A stretch of 64,000 nt of DNA from IMG/VR virus record IMGVR_UViG_3300026292_000623, positions 1 to 64,000 of that record; one strand, given 5' to 3'. This document shows, piece after piece, positions 48,949 through 57,670 of the stretch. Position 1 is the first letter of the stretch; every line of letters begins with the position of its first letter. The notes under the pieces were generated by a model. That model saw only the letters and a program-made list of their open reading frames with translations. It ran no database searches and was not told where the DNA came from. Both the position numbers and the translations under genes were made by a program. This DNA comes from a virus.

Positions 48949-49299
48949 TTAAAATAACTGGTCAAATATAAAGTAATCCACTATGAACGTGGCTTCAGCA
49001 CCTATGAATACGGATAAGTAGAATCGGTCAGTTTTCATCCACAACCATTTAATAAAGCCCCAGGCTAATCCAACCCTGGCTGTGTAAACTGCATTGGCAT
49101 ATATCCATTCCATTATTGGAGGGAATTCTTCTGCACCAAACAACATAGAAAATACACCACTATCGTATATAAAACTTATTTGTGCACCAATTAGTACTGC
49201 AATACTATATGGCATAAATTTCATTAAGAACTTAATAATGTGAGCTGTAACTAATAACCTATATCCTACATAAACTACGTTAGCTACTAATAATTCCAT
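48949..49299 (-). CDS. membrane protein
   Basis: About four hydrophobic segments, internally duplicated IGA(Q/E).xF.xD motif. Confidence 0.6.
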   Translation of the reverse strand: MELLVANVVYVGYRLLVTAHIIKFLMKFMPYSIAVLIGAQISFIYDSGVFSMLFGAEEFPPIMEWIYANAVYTARVGLAWGFIKWLWMKTDRFYLSVFIGAEATFIVDYFIFDQLF

Positions 49300-49568
49300 T
49301 AATTATCCAATACAAATTTAACATCTTTTCCAGGACCTACTTCGCTGGGCATACCTCCATATTCGTATACATAATGTTTTATTACTGCTTTATACCACAT
49401 CCAACTATTGTGATGTGCATCTTTATTAAACTTATGAATTGAGTTATTATCTGCAGGCATTACACTTATTGCTCGTGCCGCTTCTTTCTGCAATTCTCTT
49501 GTTTCTAAGGAATCTAAATGTTTATCAAATTCTGCTACGGTAAGTTCCCATACTTCATCGTCTTCCAT
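49299..49568 (-). CDS. hypothetical protein
   Basis: TAATG-coupled ORF. Confidence 0.6.
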   Translation of the reverse strand: MEDDEVWELTVAEFDKHLDSLETRELQKEAARAISVMPADNNSIHKFNKDAHHNSWMWYKAVIKHYVYEYGGMPSEVGPGKDVKFVLDN

Positions 49569-49804
49569 TACATTCCTCTTAATCTTTCTATCATTGCTTC
49601 TTTTGGATTGCTAAATCTAAAGGTTAACATCTGTCTACCTTCTTTAGTATAATGTACTTCTTGCAACCAAAAGTCATTGTCTTTACCATATGTAAATCCT
49701 TTATTGGTTAGCAAAGAAGATATATTTGCTACTGCATCCATTGTAGCAAACTGCTCTTTGTGTGTTGTGAAATCATCTGTAAAGTATTTTATGTCTGCTT
49801 TCAT
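49568..49804 (-). CDS. hypothetical protein (tandem paralogue A)
   Basis: KG..YG.D..FW...F.FS...EAM. Confidence 0.6.
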   Translation of the reverse strand: MKADIKYFTDDFTTHKEQFATMDAVANISSLLTNKGFTYGKDNDFWLQEVHYTKEGRQMLTFRFSNPKEAMIERLRGM

Positions 49805-50055
49805 TAATGTATACTTGCCGCGATCCCTACACCAGAAAGTTTTAATAACATTGCTTCGTGTTGATCACTAAATCCAAATCTTATTGCTACTTCTTTTAAT
49901 TTTACATCTCTAACTATATCATGAAACCAAAAATCTGTGCCGTACTCTAATCCTTTAGCACCTAGCTCTGCTGATATCTTGCAACAAGCATCTTGTTCTC
50001 CTGTGTGCTCAAGGTCTTCACCAACTACAAATTCTATATATACTACATCATTCAT
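49804..50055 (-). CDS. hypothetical protein (tandem paralogue B)
   Basis: KG..YG.DFW...FGFS...EAM. Confidence 0.6.
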   Translation of the reverse strand: MNDVVYIEFVVGEDLEHTGEQDACCKISAELGAKGLEYGTDFWFHDIVRDVKLKEVAIRFGFSDQHEAMLLKLSGVGIAASIH

Positions 50056-51035
50056 TACTTAACACCTATTAACATAAACCTATTGTATAAATGAGTATCT
50101 AACTCACCCTCATATAAAATACTTTGCATAGGATATTTCTTTTTAACGTCTTCTATATCTTTACAACAATTAACGTGTTGCTCGTTGCTGAAGTAATCAT
50201 TTTGATGTAACAATACAAATGTTCCTTTTGGTAAATTCTCATACCAAGTATTATCCATATGTTCACAACTAGTATTAATTACTAGATGTATTTTTCCTCT
50301 ATCAATAAAACTATTATCATAGATATCTTGAGGAAGTAATTTGCCTGCGTCTTTGTGCTTTTGTTCTAAGTCAGCACTATACGTTAACATATTTTTATCA
50401 TTCCATCTAATTTTGTTTACATCTGTTGTAATAGGTGTAAACTTTTCTTCTTTAACTTCATTAGGATATAATCTTTTACTTGGCTCAATAACATTTTGAT
50501 CTAAGTCTAAACTCCATATCTTAGAAACATCAAATTGTGAGAATAACATATGAGCAATAAAGTTATACCAGCCTCCATAAAATACTACGTTACCTATAGG
50601 ACCATCAACTACTTTTGCTAGTTCGCTTACTAGCCATAGTTTACTTTTAACTTGGCCTCTACTTAAGAAGTCATTCATGTCAGGCATCTCTGCGGCCTTA
50701 TCGCCGTCTGCCCAATAGTTAATAAACTTACATATGTTTACTAAGAAAGGATCTTCAAACATATATTTTCTGAATAGTGTTGCAACTAACTGTGGTTTAA
50801 TTTCTACGTCATCTAATTGTTCGTGTAATAATACATTCATCCAAGCCTTCACGTGTGCAGGATTTGAATTAGGCATATTAGCTAGATCAATCATAACATC
50901 ACGTTTCCTATACCAATTATCATGATATAGAGCTTTGTGTACATTTTCCCATCGGCCTGCTTGACCATTAAAGTCAAAGTATTCACTTAACCCATTCATC
51001 CAATGGTATTGTTCTTTAAACTCAGACAACTTCAT
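50055..51035 (-). CDS. SAM-dependent methyltransferase-like protein
   Basis: SRGQVKSKLWL, VVFYGGWY, SLDLD, VINTSCEHM Rossmann-type pattern. Confidence 0.6.
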   Translation of the reverse strand: MKLSEFKEQYHWMNGLSEYFDFNGQAGRWENVHKALYHDNWYRKRDVMIDLANMPNSNPAHVKAWMNVLLHEQLDDVEIKPQLVATLFRKYMFEDPFLVNICKFINYWADGDKAAEMPDMNDFLSRGQVKSKLWLVSELAKVVDGPIGNVVFYGGWYNFIAHMLFSQFDVSKIWSLDLDQNVIEPSKRLYPNEVKEEKFTPITTDVNKIRWNDKNMLTYSADLEQKHKDAGKLLPQDIYDNSFIDRGKIHLVINTSCEHMDNTWYENLPKGTFVLLHQNDYFSNEQHVNCCKDIEDVKKKYPMQSILYEGELDTHLYNRFMLIGVK

Positions 51036-51726
51036 TAAATTTCTCCTTTAACCACTTCCAGTCATTAATCTTTCTTAATGCTTCTGTGTTATTTTTATAA
51101 TGCTCTCCAAAGTCTTTACCTTGATTAGCACCTAATATAGCATAGTCACCGTATCTTCTATTGTCTCCACGTGTACACCATACTTCAAGTCTATATGCGT
51201 CATCAACTTGTTTGTTGTGATCAATAATATTACTTGACAACTTTGTGCATTCACGAAATGCACTACGCCATGTATTAAATGGATCTGTATTAAAAGCCGT
51301 AACATTACTTATCTCAAATTTAGGAACAAACTTTGCTCCTATACTTGTAGTCATATCTACTTTAAATTCTTCTACTGCTAGTAAGTTCTTTTTAGGAAAT
51401 AGTTTAAGTCCGCCATATCCATATATTAAATCGTTTATAGGATTATGACTCCTATATGTAAATACACATTCTGTTTCCGGAACACCAGGATATGCTTCTC
51501 TTCTATCACTAGGCTCAAACTTAAACTGAAAGTTTTCTTGGATAACTGCATCAGCATCACATACATAAAAATAGCTAGTATTTGATTCTTCAGCACAGGC
51601 TTTGTGTGCATTTAGTAATCCTTCAATGCCATCTATACGTTTTGCGTGTGGTGCTTTTAATTTTAGTATCTCAAAATTATCATCTGCCTCTGGCTCTCCA
51701 AAGGTTAACATAAAAACATCTAACAT
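51022..51726 (-). CDS. GT-A fold glycosyltransferase-like protein
   Basis: AH..CA, YVCDADA (DxD), YGYGGLKL, WRSAFRE. Confidence 0.6.
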   Translation of the reverse strand: MLDVFMLTFGEPEADDNFEILKLKAPHAKRIDGIEGLLNAHKACAEESNTSYFYVCDADAVIQENFQFKFEPSDRREAYPGVPETECVFTYRSHNPINDLIYGYGGLKLFPKKNLLAVEEFKVDMTTSIGAKFVPKFEISNVTAFNTDPFNTWRSAFRECTKLSSNIIDHNKQVDDAYRLEVWCTRGDNRRYGDYAILGANQGKDFGEHYKNNTEALRKINDWKWLKEKFNEVV

Positions 51727-51736
51727 ATAATTCTCT

Positions 51737-52363
51737 CTAACTTTCGCGAACTGCTCGATCTACTTCAAAGTCTAACCAATATGGATCAGCTGGTTTGATG
51801 TATTTCTTGTTCGCATCTTCTTTTAGAATCTCATCTATTTCTGGATCCCAATAAGCAATAGGCCAATCTAGATCTCTACTTACTTGTTCCAAATAACTGC
51901 TCTTATACAAATACAATAGTTCTTGACTTAAAAAGCTACACTTTTGATTCTCTAATAACCATTTAAAGTTTTCTTTTGCTATTGGTGTTGTATGAGTTTT
52001 TCTAATTCTCTTTTGTTGATATTCTAATATAGTTTGATCTCTACCAATAATTGCTATATCAACTGCATCAACATATTCTTCTGCTATTTTAATAAATTCT
52101 TTATATCTAGGGACTACTGGTTCTTGATTTTTAAAATATGGACAACTTACACTAGTAACAAAATGTTCACTTTGTGTCCAGTCGAACTCTCTTAACAACT
52201 CAGGGTCTTGCCACATATCAGCAAATGGTTCGTGATGGTGTCCTTCCCAATAAGTATTGAGTAGGCTTTTCCAACCATATACATCTTCATGTACTGCTAA
52301 ACATTTACTGAAAACATGATTGCCTGAACCTTGCGGTCCGGTTATAATTAATAATCTGCTCAT
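51737..52363 (-). CDS. sulfotransferase-like P-loop protein
   Basis: IITGPQGSGNH, HEPF, IIGRD. Confidence 0.5.
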   Translation of the reverse strand: MSRLLIITGPQGSGNHVFSKCLAVHEDVYGWKSLLNTYWEGHHHEPFADMWQDPELLREFDWTQSEHFVTSVSCPYFKNQEPVVPRYKEFIKIAEEYVDAVDIAIIGRDQTILEYQQKRIRKTHTTPIAKENFKWLLENQKCSFLSQELLYLYKSSYLEQVSRDLDWPIAYWDPEIDEILKEDANKKYIKPADPYWLDFEVDRAVRES

Positions 52364-52372
52364 TTATACTCT

Positions 52373-52401
52373 ATTATATACAGTAGTGGTTGATTTGTCA
52401 A
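52373..52401 (-). promoter_or_regulatory. consensus sigma70 promoter
   Basis: TTGACA-17 nt-TATAAT. Confidence 0.75.
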
Positions 52402-52412
52402 GCTATACTTAA

Positions 52413-52428
52413 CATAAATATATTTATG
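52413..52428. promoter_or_regulatory. palindromic back-to-back late-promoter motif CATAAATATATTTATG
   Basis: Perfect 16-bp palindrome at a divergent junction; same core as 1363-1376; last 3 nt are the ATG of the + strand gene. Confidence 0.55.
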
Positions 52429-53634
52429 CTATCTCAATTCCCCACTTCGAACAAAGTAGAATTAGAGCTCACTTCAAAGTGTACTATTAAATGTCCTAAC
52501 TGTCCTAGAACATACCAAGCTGATCGCAGGCATGAATGGGACAATGGTAATATAAAAGAAGATGAGCTAATTAAGTTTCTACAAAGTACAGGTACCAATG
52601 ATTTTAGGTTAACAGGTGCTTATGGTGATGCATTATACCACCCTCAGTTAATAAAAGTACTAAAAGCTATAAAAAGTCTACCTGGTGGTAGGTTTATATT
52701 TGATACTAATGGAAGCTATCGTAAAAAAGAAGATTGGGATGAGATTGGTAAACTAATGGCTAATAATGATTATATTGTTTTTAGTATAGACGGAACTCCA
52801 GAAAACTTTACAAAATATAGAGTAAATGCAGACTGGCCTAGTATTAAAACTGGTGTAGAAACTTTAGTAAGTTATGGAGCTAGGCTTAGATGGAAATATA
52901 TAGTATTTAAATATAATCAAGACTTTGAAACTATGAAAGAAGCATATGATACTGCTACAGAGCTAGGCTTTTTTCAATTTGTTGTAGTTCATACACATAG
53001 AACTCCTCCAGGTATGTTAGCTAGTAAAGAAGATTTTGATGCTAACTTAACTAAACTAGAAGAATATGTTTATAACAAGACCCAAGAAGCATTTGAACGT
53101 TATGGGCATGAATATAAGAAACACATTACTAGATTGAAAATTGCTATTACTCCTAGAACAAGTCAATTTAAAATGAAAGAAATAATTGAAAATAAAGCAC
53201 CAGAAGCACATAGTATTACAATAAAAGATAAGACTACTAAAACTATTGACATTGAAAATAAACCAGTAGTAACAAATAATTTAAAAGAACAAGACAGAAA
53301 TAAAGATAAGTTTGCTACAATGTCAATTACATTTAAAAAAGAAACTGTAGAAACAAAAAGTGTTTACCCACAATGTATGAATATGGATAATTATACTAAC
53401 TTTATATCAAGTGAAGGATTGTTTTTACCTTGCTGTTTCTTACGAGTAGATCAAAAGAAAAACTTTGAAGAAGCTGGTATTACACAAGAAGATATTAAAT
53501 CAATGAGCATATACGAAAACACCCGAGACGAGATCATCTCAGGTGTTGCGTTTAAAAAGATAATGCGTAACTTTGAAAATATGACTATCTGTAAAAGAAT
53601 ATGTCCTAAATCAAAAGTTAAATCAAAACATTAA
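52426..53634 (+). CDS. radical SAM protein with C-terminal SPASM/twitch domain
   Basis: CTIKCPNC, GAYGD, TNGS, FSIDG; C-terminal PQC...PCCF...CKRIC; likely start MLSQF. Confidence 0.85.
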   Translation: MLSQFPTSNKVELELTSKCTIKCPNCPRTYQADRRHEWDNGNIKEDELIKFLQSTGTNDFRLTGAYGDALYHPQLIKVLKAIKSLPGGRFIFDTNGSYRKKEDWDEIGKLMANNDYIVFSIDGTPENFTKYRVNADWPSIKTGVETLVSYGARLRWKYIVFKYNQDFETMKEAYDTATELGFFQFVVVHTHRTPPGMLASKEDFDANLTKLEEYVYNKTQEAFERYGHEYKKHITRLKIAITPRTSQFKMKEIIENKAPEAHSITIKDKTTKTIDIENKPVVTNNLKEQDRNKDKFATMSITFKKETVETKSVYPQCMNMDNYTNFISSEGLFLPCCFLRVDQKKNFEEAGITQEDIKSMSIYENTRDEIISGVAFKKIMRNFENMTICKRICPKSKVKSKH

Positions 53635-54131
53635 TTAGCTAATGGGTTATCCAAAGCTCTTTGTAATCTCTTATTAAGTCTTTCTTCTAATTCTTTCAGT
53701 TTAAGATCAGTACTAGTTCTAAGACTATCAGCTTTTTGTTCGTAGTCAGTTAATAACTGATCACGTTTGTTTTCAAAACGTTGGTCAGCTAAATCAATTG
53801 CTACACGAACATCTTCTTCAGTCTTATTTACATCGTCTTCAACTTGATCAACAATACGTTCTAATCTAACAATATCATCACGTAATCCGTTTTTAATATC
53901 TTTAGAATAGTCTAGTGCTTCGTCAAGTTTAGTCTGAACTATTGCTAGTTCTTCTCTTATTCCGCTAAGATCTGGTGCCACGTATTGTTCGATTTTGTCT
54001 TTCATATTTGAATAGTCTTTGTAAAATTCAAAACCTCCCCATAGTGCCCCACTTATCATACCTAATAAAGGAATTATTAATAATAGTTTACTGCCGCCTA
54101 CTTTCAGGCCTTTGTATTCTATTTCAGCCAT
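53631..54131 (-). CDS. membrane-anchored coiled-coil protein
   Basis: Likely start MAEIEY; one TM helix, long coiled coil, ends ALDNPLAN. Confidence 0.65.
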   Translation of the reverse strand: MAEIEYKGLKVGGSKLLLIIPLLGMISGALWGGFEFYKDYSNMKDKIEQYVAPDLSGIREELAIVQTKLDEALDYSKDIKNGLRDDIVRLERIVDQVEDDVNKTEEDVRVAIDLADQRFENKRDQLLTDYEQKADSLRTSTDLKLKELEERLNKRLQRALDNPLAN

Positions 54132-54132
54132 C

Positions 54133-54762
54133 TTATATCTCCTTTTCATTTCCATCATGACTCTCTCTTGGAAGCCATTTATCGGAAGGTCTTAATGGAT
54201 CGTTTTCAGAATCCCATCTTCCACTTAATCTAAGTACAAGATTAATTCCGTTGTCTTTTGCTAGTTTCCTAGCTTCGTCTATTTGGTGCTCGTTAAAACT
54301 AAAAGGTATCCATTGCCAGTAGACTTGTTTACCTTTTTTAACACCTAAACACATTGCATCAAATGACTGTTGCCAGTCAATTCCAACTCTATATTTGTGA
54401 GCTGTATCTTTTAGCCCATCAACTCCAAACCATAATTCATTATATTTATTTACATATGAATCATAAAGCTCTTCCCACCAGGATACTTTCTTTCCAGATC
54501 CATTTGTGTGAATTGCAAAGGTATTGTTAGTATTGTCCAACCATTTTGTAAATTCAATTAGGTTAGGATGATATATAGGATCACCCAAGTTACCACACAT
54601 AATAACGTTTTTTGGTTTTGTTTTAATTACTAATTCTTTTGCATGATCTATATCTAAATCATCAATAGTATATCTTCCTCGTCTAATAGTCCTAGGGCAT
54701 TTAGGGCATTCCAATATACACCTTTTACTCATTTCTAAATGTAATAGTATTCCTGTATTCAT
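54133..54762 (-). CDS. radical SAM core domain (no SPASM domain)
   Basis: CILECPKC, MCGNLGDP, HTNGS, FGVDG, FNEHQ. Confidence 0.8.
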   Translation of the reverse strand: MNTGILLHLEMSKRCILECPKCPRTIRRGRYTIDDLDIDHAKELVIKTKPKNVIMCGNLGDPIYHPNLIEFTKWLDNTNNTFAIHTNGSGKKVSWWEELYDSYVNKYNELWFGVDGLKDTAHKYRVGIDWQQSFDAMCLGVKKGKQVYWQWIPFSFNEHQIDEARKLAKDNGINLVLRLSGRWDSENDPLRPSDKWLPRESHDGNEKEI

Positions 54763-55046
54763 GATTTAACGTGTAACCATTCCTCTGTAGGCTTCTCAAC
54801 TGATGTAAATGGTTTTCTACATTGGTCATAACAAGCCTTTTGTGCCCAATCTTTGGGATTCTCTTTTAAGTTTTTTACAAATTCTTTTAATTGTACATTT
54901 AAAATATCTTCAATAGTATTATAGTTTAAATTCCATTTTCTATTTTCATTTATTCTTCCTTTTTCACCTAACCAGCAACAAGGCCTTACTTGACTATTAG
55001 AAGTAACATAAAGTCTTTCAGCATTTTCACATTTTGGATAAATCAT
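54759..55046 (-). CDS. stand-alone SPASM/twitch Fe-S domain protein
   Basis: IYPKC...YV...VRPCCW...CYDQC; ATGA overlap with the radical SAM core gene. Confidence 0.7.
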   Translation of the reverse strand: MIYPKCENAERLYVTSNSQVRPCCWLGEKGRINENRKWNLNYNTIEDILNVQLKEFVKNLKENPKDWAQKACYDQCRKPFTSVEKPTEEWLHVKS

Positions 55047-55158
55047 ATAAACTTGCTCTTTCTAATTTTAAATAATCGTTTGTAGAGTGTGCTGGCTTAA
55101 CACAGAAAGCTAATATTCCTAGCATTATGAATAGTAATAATGTAAATCTTAAGTCCAT
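55027..55158 (-). CDS. small exported/membrane peptide (43 aa)
   Basis: Hand-translated MDLRFTLLLFIMLGILAFCVKPAHS... Confidence 0.4.
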   Translation of the reverse strand: MDLRFTLLLFIMLGILAFCVKPAHSTNDYLKLERASLYDLSKM

Positions 55159-55178
55159 CCTGCTACCCTCTATATCCG

Positions 55179-55517
55179 TCATTTGTTTGTTCTTTCTTTA
55201 AAATTAAATTGTAATCCAAACACAACTCCTGCTCTGTTTTCTTCTAATGCTGGCATTACAAAAAAATTCTTATATCTTAACCTTGTCATTGGTACAACAT
55301 CATAATCATATCCAGTAGCAACTCCAAGATCTAATGTCAAGTCTTCACTTATGTTTAACTTGTATGCCCCTACTAAACTTGTTCTATCTAAACTATTATA
55401 GTATGCACCCACAATAGTCTTATCTGTTTCACATACGGCATAAGGATGTGCTTGATTATACTCATTTGCTAATCCTATATGCATAGACAGAGCCAAACCT
55501 AATACTAGACAACTCAT
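55179..55517 (-). CDS. small beta-barrel-like protein (PagP-like motifs)
   Basis: S.H...N..HP, GAYYNS..R.S, G.ATGY, alternating beta pattern. Confidence 0.4.
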   Translation of the reverse strand: MSCLVLGLALSMHIGLANEYNQAHPYAVCETDKTIVGAYYNSLDRTSLVGAYKLNISEDLTLDLGVATGYDYDVVPMTRLRYKNFFVMPALEENRAGVVFGLQFNFKERTNK

Positions 55518-57670
55518 TATTCCATACCCTCATATTGCATATCAACCATTTTCTTATGTAATAGTTCACTTGCTAGTCCATTTCTTAACCCACGTTGGTT
55601 CTCTGGTATTTTCTTATCTTGATATATTGCTTCTGGTTGATAAAAGTTTATGCCTGGTATATTATATTTACCGTATTCATTAAAACCCGGCACATAATTA
55701 ATTAGTGATGCAATTAATTGTTGTAAGGCCGCCTGGTCTTTTAATGATTGTGCTTCTCCCATTAATATTGCTAATTTTTCTAATTTCTTTTTAATAATTT
55801 CTTTCATTTTCTTTTTCTTAGCCGCCGCTTTTTCTTTAGCAGATAATTTCTTTACTTTTTTATTTTTTGTTTCTTTTTTAACTACAACTTCTTCGCTATC
55901 TGATTCTTCTTTTTCTTCACTTTCTTTTTCTTCTGATTCTTCTTCTTTTTCATCAGTACTTTCCTCTTCAGTACTTTCCTCTTCAGTGCTTTCTTCCTCT
56001 GTAGACTCTTCCTCAGTACTTTCCTCTTCTGTAGTTTCTTCCTCTGTAGTTTCTTCTTCTGTAGTTTCCTCTTCTACTGTATTTTCTTCTGTTGTTTCTT
56101 CTGTTGTACTATCTTCTGTTGTTGTTTCATTGTTTGTATCTGTTTCTGGTTCAGATACTTCTGGTTCCATTTCTAGTTCTTGTTCAATTTCATTTTCTAC
56201 TTCTTGCTCTATTGATTCTATGCTTATATCTGGTAATTCTATTTCTATATCTGGTATCTCTACTTCTGGTGTTGTGTTTGTATTGTTAGTTCCAACACCT
56301 GTATCAATTTCTATTTCAGGTAATGCTATTTCTGGCTCTGGGGCTGTAGGAATAACTACGATTGGTAAGTCAGGAGTTTCAAGTATATCATCTACTATGG
56401 AATCACCTGTTCCAGTTCCATCATCTATATCAGTAGGATCAGAAGGTGTAACTGGTGCTACATAACCTGGACACATATCATCATATTGTGGATTAAGTAA
56501 ACATTGTTTATCAAAGTATGCTTGTTCATAACCTGTACATTGTACTGAATATGTTGCATCTAAATCACATTGTTGCTTTAAGTATGCGGCTTCGTATCCA
56601 TCACAACTGCTATCGTGTAAAGGATCTAAATTACATTGTTGAGTTAAGTAAGCGGCCGCATATCCATCACAGCCGGTATCATACAATGCATCTAAACTAC
56701 ATTGTTGATTGTAATAGGCTGTGGCATAACCTGCACACCCACTATCATATAAAGGATTAGCGGCACATTGGGCATTATAGAATGCTTGAGCATAACCTGG
56801 ACACCCTGCATCATATAATGCATTGGCGGCACAATTTGTATCATATTCATATTGTGCAAGAGCCGTCGCATAACCTGGACAACTAGGATCGTATAAGGCT
56901 GTATCTGTGCAAGGGTTTGTTCTATATGTAAACCATGTTTGTAAATCACTTACAACTGGTCCATAATATCCATCCCAAGCACCTTTGTCTGCTCCTACAA
57001 ATCTAAAACGAACATCACCTAATTGATTTGGTGTGTATATTGTTCCTATTTTATCTACGTGATTATAAAATTCTATATTACCTTCTACTACTTGCCAACG
57101 TACTGATCCTTGTGTTACTTCATTTGCACTATGACTATTTGCTCCATTCCACAGATACCATTTATCCATAGACCAAGTCTCTGATTTAATTACTGTACCA
57201 TTTGCATCAGTAATTTCAATATCAACAACTAATTGGTCCCATTGATTTTTGTAAGCACCATCAAGTACTTCACCTGTATTTTGATTTACTCTGTTGTTAA
57301 GATTGTTGTTACAAAAATTACTTGCTGTTCCACTACCTTGATTTGATGTATTGAAGCAATGAACATACTTCCATTTGTAGTGAGCTTTGTCTACACTTAT
57401 TCCTGATGCTGATAATGCTTGATTGATTGCTACGGTTAGTTCAAATGTATTAACACATTCTCCCCATCTTACAGTTTGTTTACTCCAGTTTGAACTGTTT
57501 ACTTGGGCCGCGGTAGTGCCAGAAGGACAGCCACCATAAGGAGCTGTTATAGTCCCTTGACTTAAATTTTGTGTAGTAGGAGAAGTAGTAGTGTCTGCTA
57601 AACTGTTAGAGTAACAGAAGCAACAACAAACTAGCACCAACACCCATAGCCGCGCCTTCAAGTTTATCAT
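55517..57670 (-). CDS. exported protein with Cys-rich repeats and acidic stalk
   Basis: Signal peptide, G.D.G.W.GYYGP domain, seven C-x9-C-x-G-Y repeats, (S/T)TEEE repeats, basic C-terminal domain. Confidence 0.75.
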   Translation of the reverse strand: MINLKARLWVLVLVCCCFCYSNSLADTTTSPTTQNLSQGTITAPYGGCPSGTTAAQVNSSNWSKQTVRWGECVNTFELTVAINQALSASGISVDKAHYKWKYVHCFNTSNQGSGTASNFCNNNLNNRVNQNTGEVLDGAYKNQWDQLVVDIEITDANGTVIKSETWSMDKWYLWNGANSHSANEVTQGSVRWQVVEGNIEFYNHVDKIGTIYTPNQLGDVRFRFVGADKGAWDGYYGPVVSDLQTWFTYRTNPCTDTALYDPSCPGYATALAQYEYDTNCAANALYDAGCPGYAQAFYNAQCAANPLYDSGCAGYATAYYNQQCSLDALYDTGCDGYAAAYLTQQCNLDPLHDSSCDGYEAAYLKQQCDLDATYSVQCTGYEQAYFDKQCLLNPQYDDMCPGYVAPVTPSDPTDIDDGTGTGDSIVDDILETPDLPIVVIPTAPEPEIALPEIEIDTGVGTNNTNTTPEVEIPDIEIELPDISIESIEQEVENEIEQELEMEPEVSEPETDTNNETTTEDSTTEETTEENTVEEETTEEETTEEETTEEESTEEESTEEESTEEESTEEESTDEKEEESEEKESEEKEESDSEEVVVKKETKNKKVKKLSAKEKAAAKKKKMKEIIKKKLEKLAILMGEAQSLKDQAALQQLIASLINYVPGFNEYGKYNIPGINFYQPEAIYQDKKIPENQRGLRNGLASELLHKKMVDMQYEGME
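55953..56128 (-). repeat. coding 15-nt tandem repeat ((S/T)TEEE)n
   Basis: Units such as CAGTACTTTCCTCTT / CTGTAGTTTCTTCCT in tandem. Confidence 0.85.
56462..56911 (-). repeat. seven ~66-nt coding repeats (CxxNxLYDxxCxGYxxAYxxQQ)
   Basis: 22-aa periodicity in the translation. Confidence 0.85.

Noticed and set aside
55953-56911. Tandem repeats as a possible CRISPR array
   Set aside because: In-frame coding repeats with synonymous variation and no repeat-spacer structure; no cas genes.
56462-56911. Cys-rich repeats as a RiPP precursor for neighbouring radical SAM/SPASM enzymes
   Set aside because: The protein is large and has a signal peptide; paired Cys are better explained as disulfides; no leader-binding element seen. 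Not strictly excluded.
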